A stretch of 61,390 bases of DNA, from contig DAIQPZ010000001.1 in NCBI GenBank assembly GCA_036787065.1, positions 1-61,390 on the forward strand, given 5' to 3'. This stretch comes from Anaerolineaceae bacterium. Its GTDB lineage: Bacteria; Chloroflexota; Anaerolineae; Anaerolineales; Anaerolineaceae. The stretch's first letter is position 1, and every line of letters begins with the position of its first letter. Positions 1-8,957 of this stretch are shown here, in pieces. The notes below the pieces were generated by a model that saw nothing but the letters and a program-made list of their open reading frames with translations, ran no database searches and was not told where the DNA came from. Position numbers and translations under genes: made by a program.

Positions 1-26
1 TAGCTTATCACTACCCTGTTTTTTTT

Positions 27-112
27 GTTACCGAATTTGAGGTGTTTGCGGGTGCTTCGCACCCGCAAACACCTCAAATTCGGGTCTTTTTCACAAGAGC
101 TGAGCAGTTACG
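27..112 (+). mobile_element. Family-1 nested-palindrome MITE-like element, copy lacking the left terminal repeat
   Basis: Perfect 25-bp inner stem 31-55 / 59-83 (ccgaatttgaggtgtttgcgggtgc), then gggtctttttcac and right terminal repeat ctgagcagttac ending at 112. This is 5 nt from the stop codon (118-120) of the neighbouring pseudogene. Confidence 0.85.
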
Positions 113-117
113 CTCAA

Positions 118-993
118 TCAAGGTAAATAGCGCCGCACGCTGACCTGGTAGCTTGAATGAAGGACCTCTCCCAATGGATGGATGGTTAATCCTTTGGGGC
201 TGTCTTCATCGATCACCAGCCCATTGCCCCAGACCATAACCACATGCGTGACAGAACCCCCTTTTTTATCGGTCGTAAAGATCAAGTCGCCGCGCTTAAC
301 CGCCCCCCCTGCACCTCAGCCCCCGACAAAGCCTGGTCACCGGCGTCGCGCGGCAGGGTAATACCATAAGCATGGTAAAGACGATACAAAAATCCTGAGC
401 AATCCAAAGAGCCGCTGGGTGAACAAAACCATCACCACCGCAACCTTGTCCGCCTGGCTCCAACCGTTAACCAGGCTGCCCCGGCGCACCCAACCTGGAT
501 AACCACGTGGATCTTTGTGAGATGGCTGCTCAACTGCCACAATGCTTGCCCAATCCCCCACTTCTGCCAGAATTAACACACGCTCGCCCAAAATAAGCTG
601 GGTCTGGCGGCTCCAATAATCCTTCTCGTGAGCCGGTTCATCCCATACATCTAAAACCTCTACGGATACGGTTGCAGGAACTCCCTCCCGAGATAGTTGA
701 GTCATTGTGGGCAATTGGGCCGTTCTCGGTGTTGGAACCGGCGGAGGAAATGGGCCGGTGGGTGTCAAAAATGGCATCATCCTGGCGGGGCTTGCCTGAT
801 TCGTCTGGTTTGCCCGACTCGTCGGAATTGCAGGTCTCATCTGGCTGGCCAAATCTGTCTTCAACGGTTGAGTCAATAAGGGCCGCGGTGTCGATGTGAC
901 CGGGCTGCAGCCAGCTATCAAGGCAGCCCAACAGGCGATCCATAACCAGATCCATCCAAAGCATGTGTGATTTCCTTTTCCGAAAGCTGCCAT
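118..993 (-). pseudogene. NlpC/P60 cell-wall hydrolase lipoprotein with SH3b-like segment, disrupted by two frameshifts
   Basis: Frame A (337-993) gives the lipobox LIAGC and an SH3b-like region. Frame B (286-431) carries the catalytic motif DCSGFLYRLYHAYGITLPRDA. Frame C (118-~309) carries VKRGDLIF..THVVMVWG and the stop. The shifts map to an A4 run (~425-428) and a C7 run (303-309). Confidence 0.7.
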
Positions 994-1029
994 TGCATAG
1001 ATTCTACCGTACTTCTAATCACCGGTCAC
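994..1029 (-). promoter_or_regulatory. Putative leaderless promoter of the NlpC/P60 gene
   Basis: Minus strand reads GTGACC (1024-1029), 17 nt, TAGAAT (1001-1006), 7 nt, ATG (993). No SD. Confidence 0.35.
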
Positions 1030-1048
1030 CTGGCGATCTAGCCTGGCA

Positions 1049-1064
1049 TGCTATAATAACCGTC
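1049..1064 (+). promoter_or_regulatory. Extended -10 promoter, leaderless GTG start of the TrmH-family gene
   Basis: TGcTATAAT at 1049-1057, 7 nt, in-frame GTG at 1065. No SD. Confidence 0.45.
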
Positions 1065-1880
1065 GTGATCACATCCGCGCAAAACTCAAAAATTCAAAGC
1101 GTGCGCGCACTTCAAGCAAGGTCCCGTGAACGCGTTTCTACCGGCGCGTTCGTCGTCGAAGGGGTGCGCCTGGTCGAAGAAGGGGCGAACTCCGGCTGGC
1201 CCGCCTCACTGGTCTTATACAGCGAAGATTTATCGACCCGTGGTAAGCAGGTGGTAGCGCACCTTGCTAACTCAGGGGCGGAAGTCGAGCTGGTTGCCGG
1301 GCATGTCCTGGCATCCATTGCTGATACAAACACGCCCCAGGGCCTCATGGCCGTATTTACAACCCAAGCCCAACCCATCCCAGAAGCAATTGATTTTGTG
1401 ATCATCGCGGATGGCCTACGCGACCCGGGCAACCTGGGCACGCTCCTGCGTACCACAGCCGCTGCTGGCGCACAGATGTTAATTGTTACGCCAGGTTCGG
1501 TGGATGCTTTTGCCCCAAAAGTCTTGCGGGCCGCGATGGGCGCCCATTTTCACCTGCCGATTCAAAACCTGGATTGGCTCGAGATCCAACACCTGCTGAA
1601 GGATCGCCCATCCCCACTGCGCTTATTTCTGGCTGACGCGGACCAGGGATTAGCCTGCTGGGAAACCAATCTGTGCCAACCCTGTGCATTGATTATCGGC
1701 AGTGAGGCAGAGGGCGCAAGCCAACCAGCCCGCGATCTGGCGGATGCCAGCCTGACCATCCCCATGCCAGGTAAAAGTGAATCCTTAAACGCAGCCGTAG
1801 CCGCGTCAATTTTAATTTTTGAAGTCGTTCGACAGCGAGCATCTTCCATCCCCCATCTCGATCTTAAAACTATCTTATGA
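1065..1880 (+). CDS. TrmH/SpoU-family RNA 2'-O-methyltransferase
   Basis: ORF 963-1880. SpoU motifs DPGNLGTLLRT, LIIGSEAEG and SLNAAVAASILIFE. Homology starts near ITSAQNSKIQ, and the promoter geometry favours GTG 1065 over ATG 963. Confidence 0.8.
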   Translation: MITSAQNSKIQSVRALQARSRERVSTGAFVVEGVRLVEEGANSGWPASLVLYSEDLSTRGKQVVAHLANSGAEVELVAGHVLASIADTNTPQGLMAVFTTQAQPIPEAIDFVIIADGLRDPGNLGTLLRTTAAAGAQMLIVTPGSVDAFAPKVLRAAMGAHFHLPIQNLDWLEIQHLLKDRPSPLRLFLADADQGLACWETNLCQPCALIIGSEAEGASQPARDLADASLTIPMPGKSESLNAAVAASILIFEVVRQRASSIPHLDLKTIL

Positions 1881-3133
1881 AAATCCGATCGATTACATAC
1901 TTTCTAAACCCTGGTTGGCCAATCCAAACCCAACGGATTAATGAAGCGGCCACCTTTATCCATGCTGCCCGCATCGCTTTAACTGAAGCCGGCTTTGAAG
2001 TCCAGTCAACCCGCCTGGCTACGGTACCCTTTTGTGATCTGGTGACCCCAACACAGAGCGTCCAGCTTGCCCAGACATTAGAAAAAATCGCTATCGAGAG
2101 CGGGTTTGGTTATGTAGCCCTTGGACCTGCCCGCCCTGATCACCTGGAGCATTACACCATTATTCCGGATATCCTGGCTGCTACCCAATCGGTGTTTGTC
2201 ACCGGTGAAATTGCCTCAAATCAGGGCATATCGCTGCCATGTGTGCGTGCCTGCGCCGCGGTCATACACCACACGGCGACACTCACCCCTGATGGGTTCG
2301 CCAACCTGCGTTTCGCCGCCCTGGCAAACGTACCACCAGGCGCGCCGTTCTTCCCGGCTGCATACTCAGCGGGGGAAGAGCCTGGATTTGCCCTGGCGAT
2401 CGAATCCGCCGATCTGTCTGTCAGCGCATTTACGAACGCCCACAGCATCACTGAAGCACGCAACACCTTGCGCAACAGTATTGAAACCGCCGCTAAAACC
2501 CTTGCGCCCATCTGCCAGGCGTTATCAGTCGAATATGGCATTCACTTCTTCGGCTTAGATTTTACTCTGGCGCCATACCCGGAAAAAGAGCGTTCAACCG
2601 CAACGGCCATAGAACGGGTCGGAGTCCCCGCCATCGGTCTGGCAGGCAGCCTGGCGGCGGCTGCAATTGTGGCCGAAGCCCTCGACCGCGCCGACTACCC
2701 CAGGACGGGTTTTAATGGGTTGATGCTTCCGGTACTTGAAGATTTCACCCTGGCCGAACGCGTTTCTCAAGGGATCTTAACCATCAATGATCTCCTGCTT
2801 TATTCGACCGTCTGTGGCACTGGCCTGGACACCATCCCCCTGCCAGGCGGAACCAGCATCGGGCATCTCACCGCGATCCTCCTGGATGTGGCGGCCCTGG
2901 CTACCCGTTTGAATAAACCATTGACCGCGCGCTTGATGCCTATCCCTGGTAAAACATCGGGCGATTTGACTAATTTTTCGTTTGCTTATTTTGCCAACAG
3001 CCGGATTCTCCCCCTGCCTGCGGCTACCCTGGAAGGATTGTTGGCCGGCAATGAGACCTTTGAATTAAAACCCCGCCGCCGCCAGGAACCCGCTCAAGAT
3101 AATAATCCAATGGGTAGTGAACCTGAGATTTGA
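1877..3133 (+). CDS. DUF711 / UPF0210 family protein
   Basis: N-terminus MKIRSITYFLNP is typical of UPF0210. The start overlaps the upstream stop (ATGA at 1877-1880). Confidence 0.7.
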   Translation: MKIRSITYFLNPGWPIQTQRINEAATFIHAARIALTEAGFEVQSTRLATVPFCDLVTPTQSVQLAQTLEKIAIESGFGYVALGPARPDHLEHYTIIPDILAATQSVFVTGEIASNQGISLPCVRACAAVIHHTATLTPDGFANLRFAALANVPPGAPFFPAAYSAGEEPGFALAIESADLSVSAFTNAHSITEARNTLRNSIETAAKTLAPICQALSVEYGIHFFGLDFTLAPYPEKERSTATAIERVGVPAIGLAGSLAAAAIVAEALDRADYPRTGFNGLMLPVLEDFTLAERVSQGILTINDLLLYSTVCGTGLDTIPLPGGTSIGHLTAILLDVAALATRLNKPLTARLMPIPGKTSGDLTNFSFAYFANSRILPLPAATLEGLLAGNETFELKPRRRQEPAQDNNPMGSEPEI

Positions 3134-3146
3134 GGTTCTTTCCTCC

Positions 3147-3740
3147 TTACACGGGAGGGGGGCCAGGGAGGATGGGATTGGTTTTCCAATAAGCCATCCC
3201 ATCCGGCTGGCGTGATAAAAGGTGGGTTGAGATCAATTCGCGCCGTAAACTGGCCGTATCTTCATGGTAGCGCGCCAGGATCCCATTGACTTGTTTTTCC
3301 GTGTAGATGATACCAGGATCGAAATCACACATAATCCTGTGCAGAATCACCTGCAACTTTTTTTGTTGGGAAGGGATAGTTTTTAAGTGTCCATCCGGGA
3401 GCAAATAATCGGTTAATACCTTCCGGTCAAATGCTTCGATATCCATTTTTTCGACCAGCGCTGGCAGCGTCCCACGCGCCAGGAGGCGGCGGGCTTTCTC
3501 TTCAATCTGGCCTATCTCCAGTTGGTAGACATTATAATAACTGGTGGCGCGCGCACTGACCAATCCAGCAGCCGCCAGGCGAGATAAGTGGTGCGAAACA
3601 GTTGAAGGGCCCAACCCTAAAATCGCCGCTAACTGCTCCACCGTCAGCGATTGTTGGGCCAACAAACCCACAATTTTTAACCGGTTAGCATCTGCCAATG
3701 CCTTGAAAAAGGTCAACAATTCTTCCGCTTGAGTTTCCAT
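3147..3740 (-). CDS. ArsR-family HTH transcriptional regulator with DUF2087-like C-terminal domain
   Basis: N-terminal FKALADANRLKIVGLL..LTVEQLAAILGLGPSTVSHHLSRL (ArsR wHTH). The C-terminal half resembles DUF2087. Confidence 0.75.
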   Translation of the reverse strand: METQAEELLTFFKALADANRLKIVGLLAQQSLTVEQLAAILGLGPSTVSHHLSRLAAAGLVSARATSYYNVYQLEIGQIEEKARRLLARGTLPALVEKMDIEAFDRKVLTDYLLPDGHLKTIPSQQKKLQVILHRIMCDFDPGIIYTEKQVNGILARYHEDTASLRRELISTHLLSRQPDGMAYWKTNPILPGPPPV

Positions 3741-3748
3741 AAAATAAT

Positions 3749-3794
3749 ACTCCGTAGAATTAATTCGATAAACATCGAATTAATTCTACGGAGT
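3749..3794. promoter_or_regulatory. Perfect 21-bp inverted repeat (4-nt loop) containing two GAATTAATTC palindromes; candidate operator and doxX terminator
   Basis: actccgtagaattaattcgat aaac atcgaattaattctacggagt. On the minus strand it is followed by ATTATTTT and the ATG at 3740. The SD (GGAG) lies in the 3' arm. Confidence 0.6.
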
Positions 3795-3811
3795 TTGCGT
3801 TATCCTGTCAA
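3783..3811 (-). promoter_or_regulatory. Sigma-70-like promoter of the ArsR-family gene, -10 embedded in the palindrome
   Basis: Minus strand reads TTGACA (3806-3811), 17 nt, TAGAAT (3783-3788). Confidence 0.5.
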
Positions 3812-3842
3812 GAGGATTATAGGATGGGGTCTTTTTAGCCGG

Positions 3843-4421
3843 CTACTTCTTGAGCAGCTTTCCCGGAGCAAGTGGTGTACCCAACAAGGGTAAAATCCAA
3901 TGATCCAGTCCAAGCCAGCCAGCCGTCTTCCAGGCCAAAACTAACCAGGTGGCAAAGACAAACAGGAATGGGTTTGTGCTGACCGTGCCAGCCATCAGGT
4001 AGTTGACGTTCATAAAACCGCCAAAGAAGGCCGCAATCCCGGTGAAAATGCCTAAAATCAATGCAATACCAACCAACAATTCACCGAATGACACAAAATA
4101 GCTCCACAAAGCCGCATTGGGTAAAACTGCGTTCTGCAAGAACGAGGCGTACCAGGACTGAACGCTGGGATGTGCACCCGCGGTTAGTTTTAAAGCACCC
4201 TGAATGAAACCGGTGAGGGCTGTACCCGCTTTTGCGCCAACCCAGACTGGGTTGATAATTTTTTCATAACCCGCAATCAGCCATTCATAACCGACATATA
4301 AACGGATTATTAGCCAAAACCAAGACAACCGGATATCCCCGAACAGGAACTTTGCCACGGGTGCATCTTCGATGACGGTATAAGATGTGGCTGAATTTTG
4401 CTCTCTACTAGCGACGCTCAT
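3843..4421 (-). CDS. DoxX-family membrane protein
   Basis: Four predicted TM helices, WFWLIIRLYVGYEWLIAGYEK, DoxX-like layout. AAGGAG SD upstream. Confidence 0.7.
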   Translation of the reverse strand: MSVASREQNSATSYTVIEDAPVAKFLFGDIRLSWFWLIIRLYVGYEWLIAGYEKIINPVWVGAKAGTALTGFIQGALKLTAGAHPSVQSWYASFLQNAVLPNAALWSYFVSFGELLVGIALILGIFTGIAAFFGGFMNVNYLMAGTVSTNPFLFVFATWLVLAWKTAGWLGLDHWILPLLGTPLAPGKLLKK

Positions 4422-4523
4422 GAATTATCTCCTTATCGAATGAAGAATATGAAATTATTGTGACCTTGGGACCAAAATAATCATATCACAATTGGTAATT
4501 TTGAAAAGGTATTAAAGGTAAAT

Positions 4524-4554
4524 AAAACCGAGAATATCGGCTATTCTCGGTTTT
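4524..4554 (-). terminator. Intrinsic terminator downstream of 4674-5438
   Basis: 13-bp stem aaaaccgagaata / tattctcggtttt with a 5-nt loop. T-rich tail on the minus strand. Confidence 0.55.
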
Positions 4555-4568
4555 CTCGTACAAACTTT

Positions 4569-4680
4569 GTAATGGGTCAGCCTTGAAGAGAAAGTTGGCG
4601 AATTCGAGGAATTTGCGTGTGCGAAGCAAGCGCAAATTCCTCGAATTCGGGTCTTTTTCACAGGGGCCCGGTGTCAGCGC
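4569..4680 (+). mobile_element. Family-1 MITE-like element, degenerate terminal repeats
   Basis: Inner stem gaattcgaggaatttgcg / cgcaaattcctcgaattc (4600-4648) with compensated variants. The left end is gtaatgggtcag. The right end overlaps the stop codon of 4674-5438. Confidence 0.8.
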
Positions 4681-5438
4681 ACCTGTTTAAATTTTAACAG
4701 GATTAAGTTCTTTGAGCAGTCGTCACTCGTCTCAAAATACACTTTTGCTGAGAGCTGTAAACCCGCCTGGTCAAGCAGTTGCAGCCAGAGAGTCTTCTTA
4801 GTAGCGATGGGTTTTTCCGCTAATGAAAATTCATACCCGGCTGGGCCGTATTGGAGCGCCGTTCCGGTGAGACTGAGCATATCCAGATACTTATTACCCA
4901 GGACGCCGCCTAATTGGATCGTCACCCCAACGATTGGCGCATTGCGCAGATCCAACACCTGCCCGCCGACGCCCATCCAACTGCAGTCGCTGTCGGGGTG
5001 AGTGATGATGCTGGCGACAAACACGGGCGTACCGACCATTTCATAAGGCATATTTGCTTTAACCGTCACGGGGGTCGACGTGGTTGGCGTATGGAGGGGT
5101 TGGGCGCCAGACGTGTAGGGGATCGAATAGGGTGTTGGGGTGGTTGTTTCCGGATGAGGTGTGCTGGTATCCGTTGGCAATGGAGAAGCGGTCGGGGTCC
5201 AGGTTGGGGGAAACTCTTTAATCGGTTTTTGCGTCGCAGTGGCGGTGGGTAATACAATTTCAGCGGGAAATGAAATGGGCGGGAAAGGATTAATCGGCAA
5301 ATAAGGATCAATATAAATTATTCCAAAATAAGCCACCATCAAGACGATCCCCAATAGGACCAGGGTGGTTAACATATTCCAGACGGATCCCCTGTCATTT
5401 AGGGAAGGGCGTGTTTCACTATCTTCGTAATGCATCAT
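4674..5438 (-). CDS. Hypothetical membrane-anchored protein with Pro/Thr-rich linker
   Basis: One N-terminal TM helix, a PT-rich segment and a C-terminal globular domain. No recognisable family. Confidence 0.5.
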   Translation of the reverse strand: MMHYEDSETRPSLNDRGSVWNMLTTLVLLGIVLMVAYFGIIYIDPYLPINPFPPISFPAEIVLPTATATQKPIKEFPPTWTPTASPLPTDTSTPHPETTTPTPYSIPYTSGAQPLHTPTTSTPVTVKANMPYEMVGTPVFVASIITHPDSDCSWMGVGGQVLDLRNAPIVGVTIQLGGVLGNKYLDMLSLTGTALQYGPAGYEFSLAEKPIATKKTLWLQLLDQAGLQLSAKVYFETSDDCSKNLILLKFKQVR

Positions 5439-5484
5439 CTATTCTCCAGCGACCTATCTTGCGCTTTGGCCTACTATTCGAGAA

Positions 5485-6474
5485 TCAAGGAAGGAAAATA
5501 TTAATCTTACTTTGCGCACGTGAATCTTCCAGCCATTTTCGTAATACTTGCTTTTCTATAAATGCTCGTGTCTGGGGCGTAAGCGAATGGTTGAGGTCAC
5601 GTTCAAGCACTAAAATGATATGGTATCCTACCTTACTTTTAATAATTTCCGAGACCTTGCCAGGTGTGAGTAAAAAAGCCGCTTTATCGACTTCTGGCGT
5701 CGTCAGAAAGCCTTGCGGGAACCAATCCAGGTCTCCACCCATCACTGGATCAATCTTCACAGCTAACGTTGCAAAATCTGCGCCAGATTGGAGCCGGGAA
5801 TAAATAAGTTTTGCATCATCCTCATTGTAGACAAGAATCTGCACCACATGCACCTGATCGGCAGTATCTGGGATCCTGGCAATAATTTGGTCGCGCTGCC
5901 AGGCTGCATGCATCGATAACGCTAAAGATTGGCGGAAGCTGGCATCGTTATATCCATGCTGGCCTTCCCAATCGGTTAAGGCCTGGTTATCACCCAGCTG
6001 GTTGACCAACTGTCCAATACGGGTCTGGATATCGTTACCTGTCACAAGATGACCTGCCCGGACTGCAGCCTGCGCCAACAATAGGTTATCCACCATATCG
6101 TTGATCACCACCTGTTGTTGATCTTTATCGGCTAAGGGAACGCCGCCGCTAGATTTTTGAGCGGCCTGATAACGCCCCAGTTCTGCCTGAAACTCAACCA
6201 GGGTAATGCCCTCACCATTCACCTCAGCCGCCAGCGGCCCAGGGATAAGCGTTGGGGTCGGGGTATTCTTGGCTGTCTTTTCTACTAGCGGTGTCACGGT
6301 CATCGGTGCAGCAACCTGACCGCTGGCTACTGACGTGAGCGTAGCGGTCGTTGCAATCGGTGGCACAAACGGCGTACTGGTCTTTTTACCCCCACAGGCT
6401 GCCAGTAAAGACACGATAACCAATCCACAAATGAACTGCCCAATTTTAAATTGATGATGAAATGGGTAAAGCAT
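5485..6474 (-). CDS. PpiC-type (parvulin) peptidyl-prolyl isomerase lipoprotein, SurA/PrsA-like
   Basis: Lipobox LLAACGG. C-terminal parvulin motif GGDLDWFPQG..VGYHIILV. The ORF extends to 6483 but the promoter geometry favours ATG 6474. Confidence 0.75.
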   Translation of the reverse strand: MLYPFHHQFKIGQFICGLVIVSLLAACGGKKTSTPFVPPIATTATLTSVASGQVAAPMTVTPLVEKTAKNTPTPTLIPGPLAAEVNGEGITLVEFQAELGRYQAAQKSSGGVPLADKDQQQVVINDMVDNLLLAQAAVRAGHLVTGNDIQTRIGQLVNQLGDNQALTDWEGQHGYNDASFRQSLALSMHAAWQRDQIIARIPDTADQVHVVQILVYNEDDAKLIYSRLQSGADFATLAVKIDPVMGGDLDWFPQGFLTTPEVDKAAFLLTPGKVSEIIKSKVGYHIILVLERDLNHSLTPQTRAFIEKQVLRKWLEDSRAQSKINIFLP

Positions 6475-6511
6475 ACGAGTCATTATAACCTTGTCTGGTC
6501 AATCCCGTCAA
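6475..6511 (-). promoter_or_regulatory. Putative leaderless promoter of the PPIase gene
   Basis: Minus strand reads TTGACG (6506-6511), 18 nt, TATAAT (6482-6487), 7 nt, ATG (6474). Confidence 0.4.
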
Positions 6512-6549
6512 ACAAGGCGAGAAATTCTAAACTGATTGTAAGGTAGGGT

Positions 6550-6660
6550 GTTACTCCTCAGGCCTCTGTGAAAAAGACCCAAAATTTAGGGGTTTGCGGG
6601 TACAAAGCATCCGCAAACCCCTAAATTTTGGCAACTTTCTTCGCATGGCTGAGTAGTTAT
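6550..6660 (-). mobile_element. Family-1 MITE-like element, full length
   Basis: Ends gttactcctcag / ctgagtagttat. Inner stem aaaatttaggggtttgcgg / ccgcaaacccctaaatttt (6581-6629). gtgaaaaagaccc comes first, which gives minus orientation. Confidence 0.85.
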
Positions 6661-6741
6661 GATAAAACACCCCGAACGATGATGCCATTCGGGGTGTTTC
6701 AACCTTTATCCAGAGTCATTACTCCGGGTCACACGCCAAAA

Positions 6742-8373
6742 TTAGTATTCAGGCGGGGGCATGGGCGAGGACTTTTCCTTCTCAGGAACATCGGTGATCA
6801 AGGCTTCGGTGGTGAGGATCATTGCGGCAATGGAAGCCGCATTTTCGAGTGCGCCACGGGTCACTTTGGCGGGATCGATGACGCCACCCTTAACCATGTC
6901 GCCGTACTCTTCGCTCAACACATCATAACCGATGCGGTTGTTTTTCTTGCTCTTCTGCATCTGGCGCACGTTCTCCACGATGACGGAGCCGTCTTTGCCA
7001 GCGTTCTCAGCGATTTTGCGCATGGGAACTTCAAGAGCTTTGCGGACGATATTGAGGCCGATTTGCTCATCCTCATTGTCCAATTTCTTGCCATCCAGGG
7101 CAGGGATCGCATTGATCAGCGCGACACCACCGCCAGGGACAATACCTTCTTCGACTGCCGCGCGAGTGGCAGACAGGGCATCTTCCACGCGATGCTTCTT
7201 TTCCTTCAGTTCAGTCTCGGTCGCTGCGCCAACACGGATGATGGCTACACCACCGGACATTTTCGCCAGGCGTTCCTGGAGTTTTTCGCGGTCATAATCG
7301 CTGGTGGTATTTTCGATTTCGACACGAATCTGTTCGATGCGTCCCTTGATCGCGGATGTATCGCCCTTACCGCCGATGATGGTGGTGTTATCTTTATCGG
7401 TGTTGACTTTTTCAGCCCGGCCCAGATCACCCATGGTGATGGTCTCGAGCTTGCGGCCGGTCTCATCCGAGATGACGGTACCGCCGGTCAGGGTTGCGAT
7501 ATCCTGCAGCATGGCCTTGCGGCGATCGCCAAAACCAGGGGCTTTGACGGCAACGACATTCAGCATACCGCGCAGTTTGTTTAGAACAAGGGTCGCCAGG
7601 GCCTCGCCATCGATGTCTTCCGCCAGGATTAACAGGTCGCGCTTGCCAATCTGGACGAGTTTTTCGAGGATTGGAACGATGTCGGCTGCGGCAGAGATTT
7701 TCTTATCGTGGATCAAGATGTAAGGCTCACTAATCACCGCTTCCATGTGTTCGTTATCAGTTACGAAGTAGGAAGAAATATAACCGCGATCGAACTGCAT
7801 ACCTTCTACATACTCGGTCTCGAATTCGAGGCCTTTGGATTCCTCAACGGTGATCACGCCATCTTTACCGACTTTGTCCATGACTTCGGCGATCAAAGAA
7901 CCGATATTGCGGTCCTGGGCAGAGATCGTGGCGACATTGCTGATCTCGTCTTTGGTGGTGATTTCGATGGACTGTTTCTTAATGGCTTCGGCAACCATCT
8001 TGGAAGCCGCTTCAATACCGTGCTTCAAGAGCATGGGATTTGCGCCAGCAGCCAGATTCTTAAGGCCTTCGCTAACGATTGCGTGAGCCAGGACGGTCGA
8101 AGTGGTGGTGCCATCCCCGGCGATATCATTCGTCTTGGTGGCGGCTTCTTTCAAAAGTTGAGCTCCCATATTCTCAAAGGGATCTTCAAGCTCAATTTCC
8201 TTGGCGACAGTCACGCCATCATGAGTGATGGTCGGAGAACCGAATTTGCGGTCTAAGGCCACATTGCGTCCCTTAGGTCCAAGGGTCGTGGCGACTGCAT
8301 TAGCCACGATATCAATCCCATTCTTCAGGCGCCGTCGCGCCTCATCACCGAAAACCAGTTGTTTGGCTCCCAT
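6742..8373 (-). CDS. groL: Chaperonin GroEL
   Basis: 543 aa, [12 protein letters not shown], full-length Cpn60 similarity. Confidence 0.98.
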   Translation of the reverse strand: MGAKQLVFGDEARRRLKNGIDIVANAVATTLGPKGRNVALDRKFGSPTITHDGVTVAKEIELEDPFENMGAQLLKEAATKTNDIAGDGTTTSTVLAHAIVSEGLKNLAAGANPMLLKHGIEAASKMVAEAIKKQSIEITTKDEISNVATISAQDRNIGSLIAEVMDKVGKDGVITVEESKGLEFETEYVEGMQFDRGYISSYFVTDNEHMEAVISEPYILIHDKKISAAADIVPILEKLVQIGKRDLLILAEDIDGEALATLVLNKLRGMLNVVAVKAPGFGDRRKAMLQDIATLTGGTVISDETGRKLETITMGDLGRAEKVNTDKDNTTIIGGKGDTSAIKGRIEQIRVEIENTTSDYDREKLQERLAKMSGGVAIIRVGAATETELKEKKHRVEDALSATRAAVEEGIVPGGGVALINAIPALDGKKLDNEDEQIGLNIVRKALEVPMRKIAENAGKDGSVIVENVRQMQKSKKNNRIGYDVLSEEYGDMVKGGVIDPAKVTRGALENAASIAAMILTTEALITDVPEKEKSSPMPPPEY

Positions 8374-8402
8374 AGTTGTTTATCTCCTTCTTAGTTTATT
8401 AA

Positions 8403-8699
8403 TTACTTACCCACGATAGCAAGAAGATCTGATTCACGGAGGATCAGAATTTTTTTGCCGTCAACCTTGATTTCGGTGCCCGAATACTTTGCGAATAGCA
8501 CCACATCACCCACTGCTACATCCAAAGGGATACGAGCGCCTTTTTCATTGCGATCGCCGGGGCCGATGGATAAAACATTGCCCTTTTGGGGTTTTTCTTT
8601 TGCGGTTTCAGGTAAAACGATCCCACCAGCAGTCACTTCTTCTTGCTCAATGGGTTCAACCACAACCCGGTTGCCTAAAGGTTTTAAAGAGAATGCCAT
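8403..8699 (-). CDS. groS: Co-chaperonin GroES
   Basis: [16 protein letters not shown].. with an AGGAGG SD. The ORF track start 8753 is an upstream extension. Confidence 0.95.
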   Translation of the reverse strand: MAFSLKPLGNRVVVEPIEQEEVTAGGIVLPETAKEKPQKGNVLSIGPGDRNEKGARIPLDVAVGDVVLFAKYSGTEIKVDGKKILILRESDLLAIVGK

Positions 8700-8838
8700 A
8701 GCTTGCCTCCTGTTCAATATGATGACCTGAATTAAATTTTGCTGCCGGCACAATGATGCCCAGCCGCACAGTTAAAAGGCGCACATAATGCCTTGATGTG
8801 ATCTCGATACATTACCGCCTTTGTGACATCCTGGAAGT

Positions 8839-8865
8839 TTAGCACTCTCATACCTTGAGTGCTAA
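8839..8865 (-). promoter_or_regulatory. CIRCE operator (HrcA binding site)
   Basis: ttagcactc-N9-gagtgctaa, an exact match to the CIRCE consensus, in the groES leader. Confidence 0.9.
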
Positions 8866-8875
8866 TCCGCTTCGA

Positions 8876-8904
8876 ATGATACCTGTGTTTTAGATTGAAG
8901 TCAA
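8876..8904 (-). promoter_or_regulatory. groESL sigma-70-like promoter
   Basis: Minus strand reads TTGACT (8899-8904), 17 nt, TATCAT (8876-8881), immediately upstream of CIRCE. Confidence 0.6.
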
Positions 8905-8957
8905 GGGGGTTGACAGTGGGATTGTTTAATTTCTTATAAATCTCTTACACTTCCAAC

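Noticed and set aside
963-1064. ATG 963 as the start of the TrmH-family gene, and TTG 32610 as the start of the ROK kinase
   Set aside because: The extensions have no homology-like sequence and would overlap the divergent neighbour's promoter. Extended -10 elements placed 6-7 nt before GTG 1065 and ATG 32691 support the shorter forms.
6628-8256. Long plus-strand ORFs (6628-7584, 7708-8256 and smaller ones) opposite groEL
   Set aside because: They are antisense to an unambiguous, full-length groEL. Their low-complexity, G/D/A-rich translations are typical of shadow ORFs.
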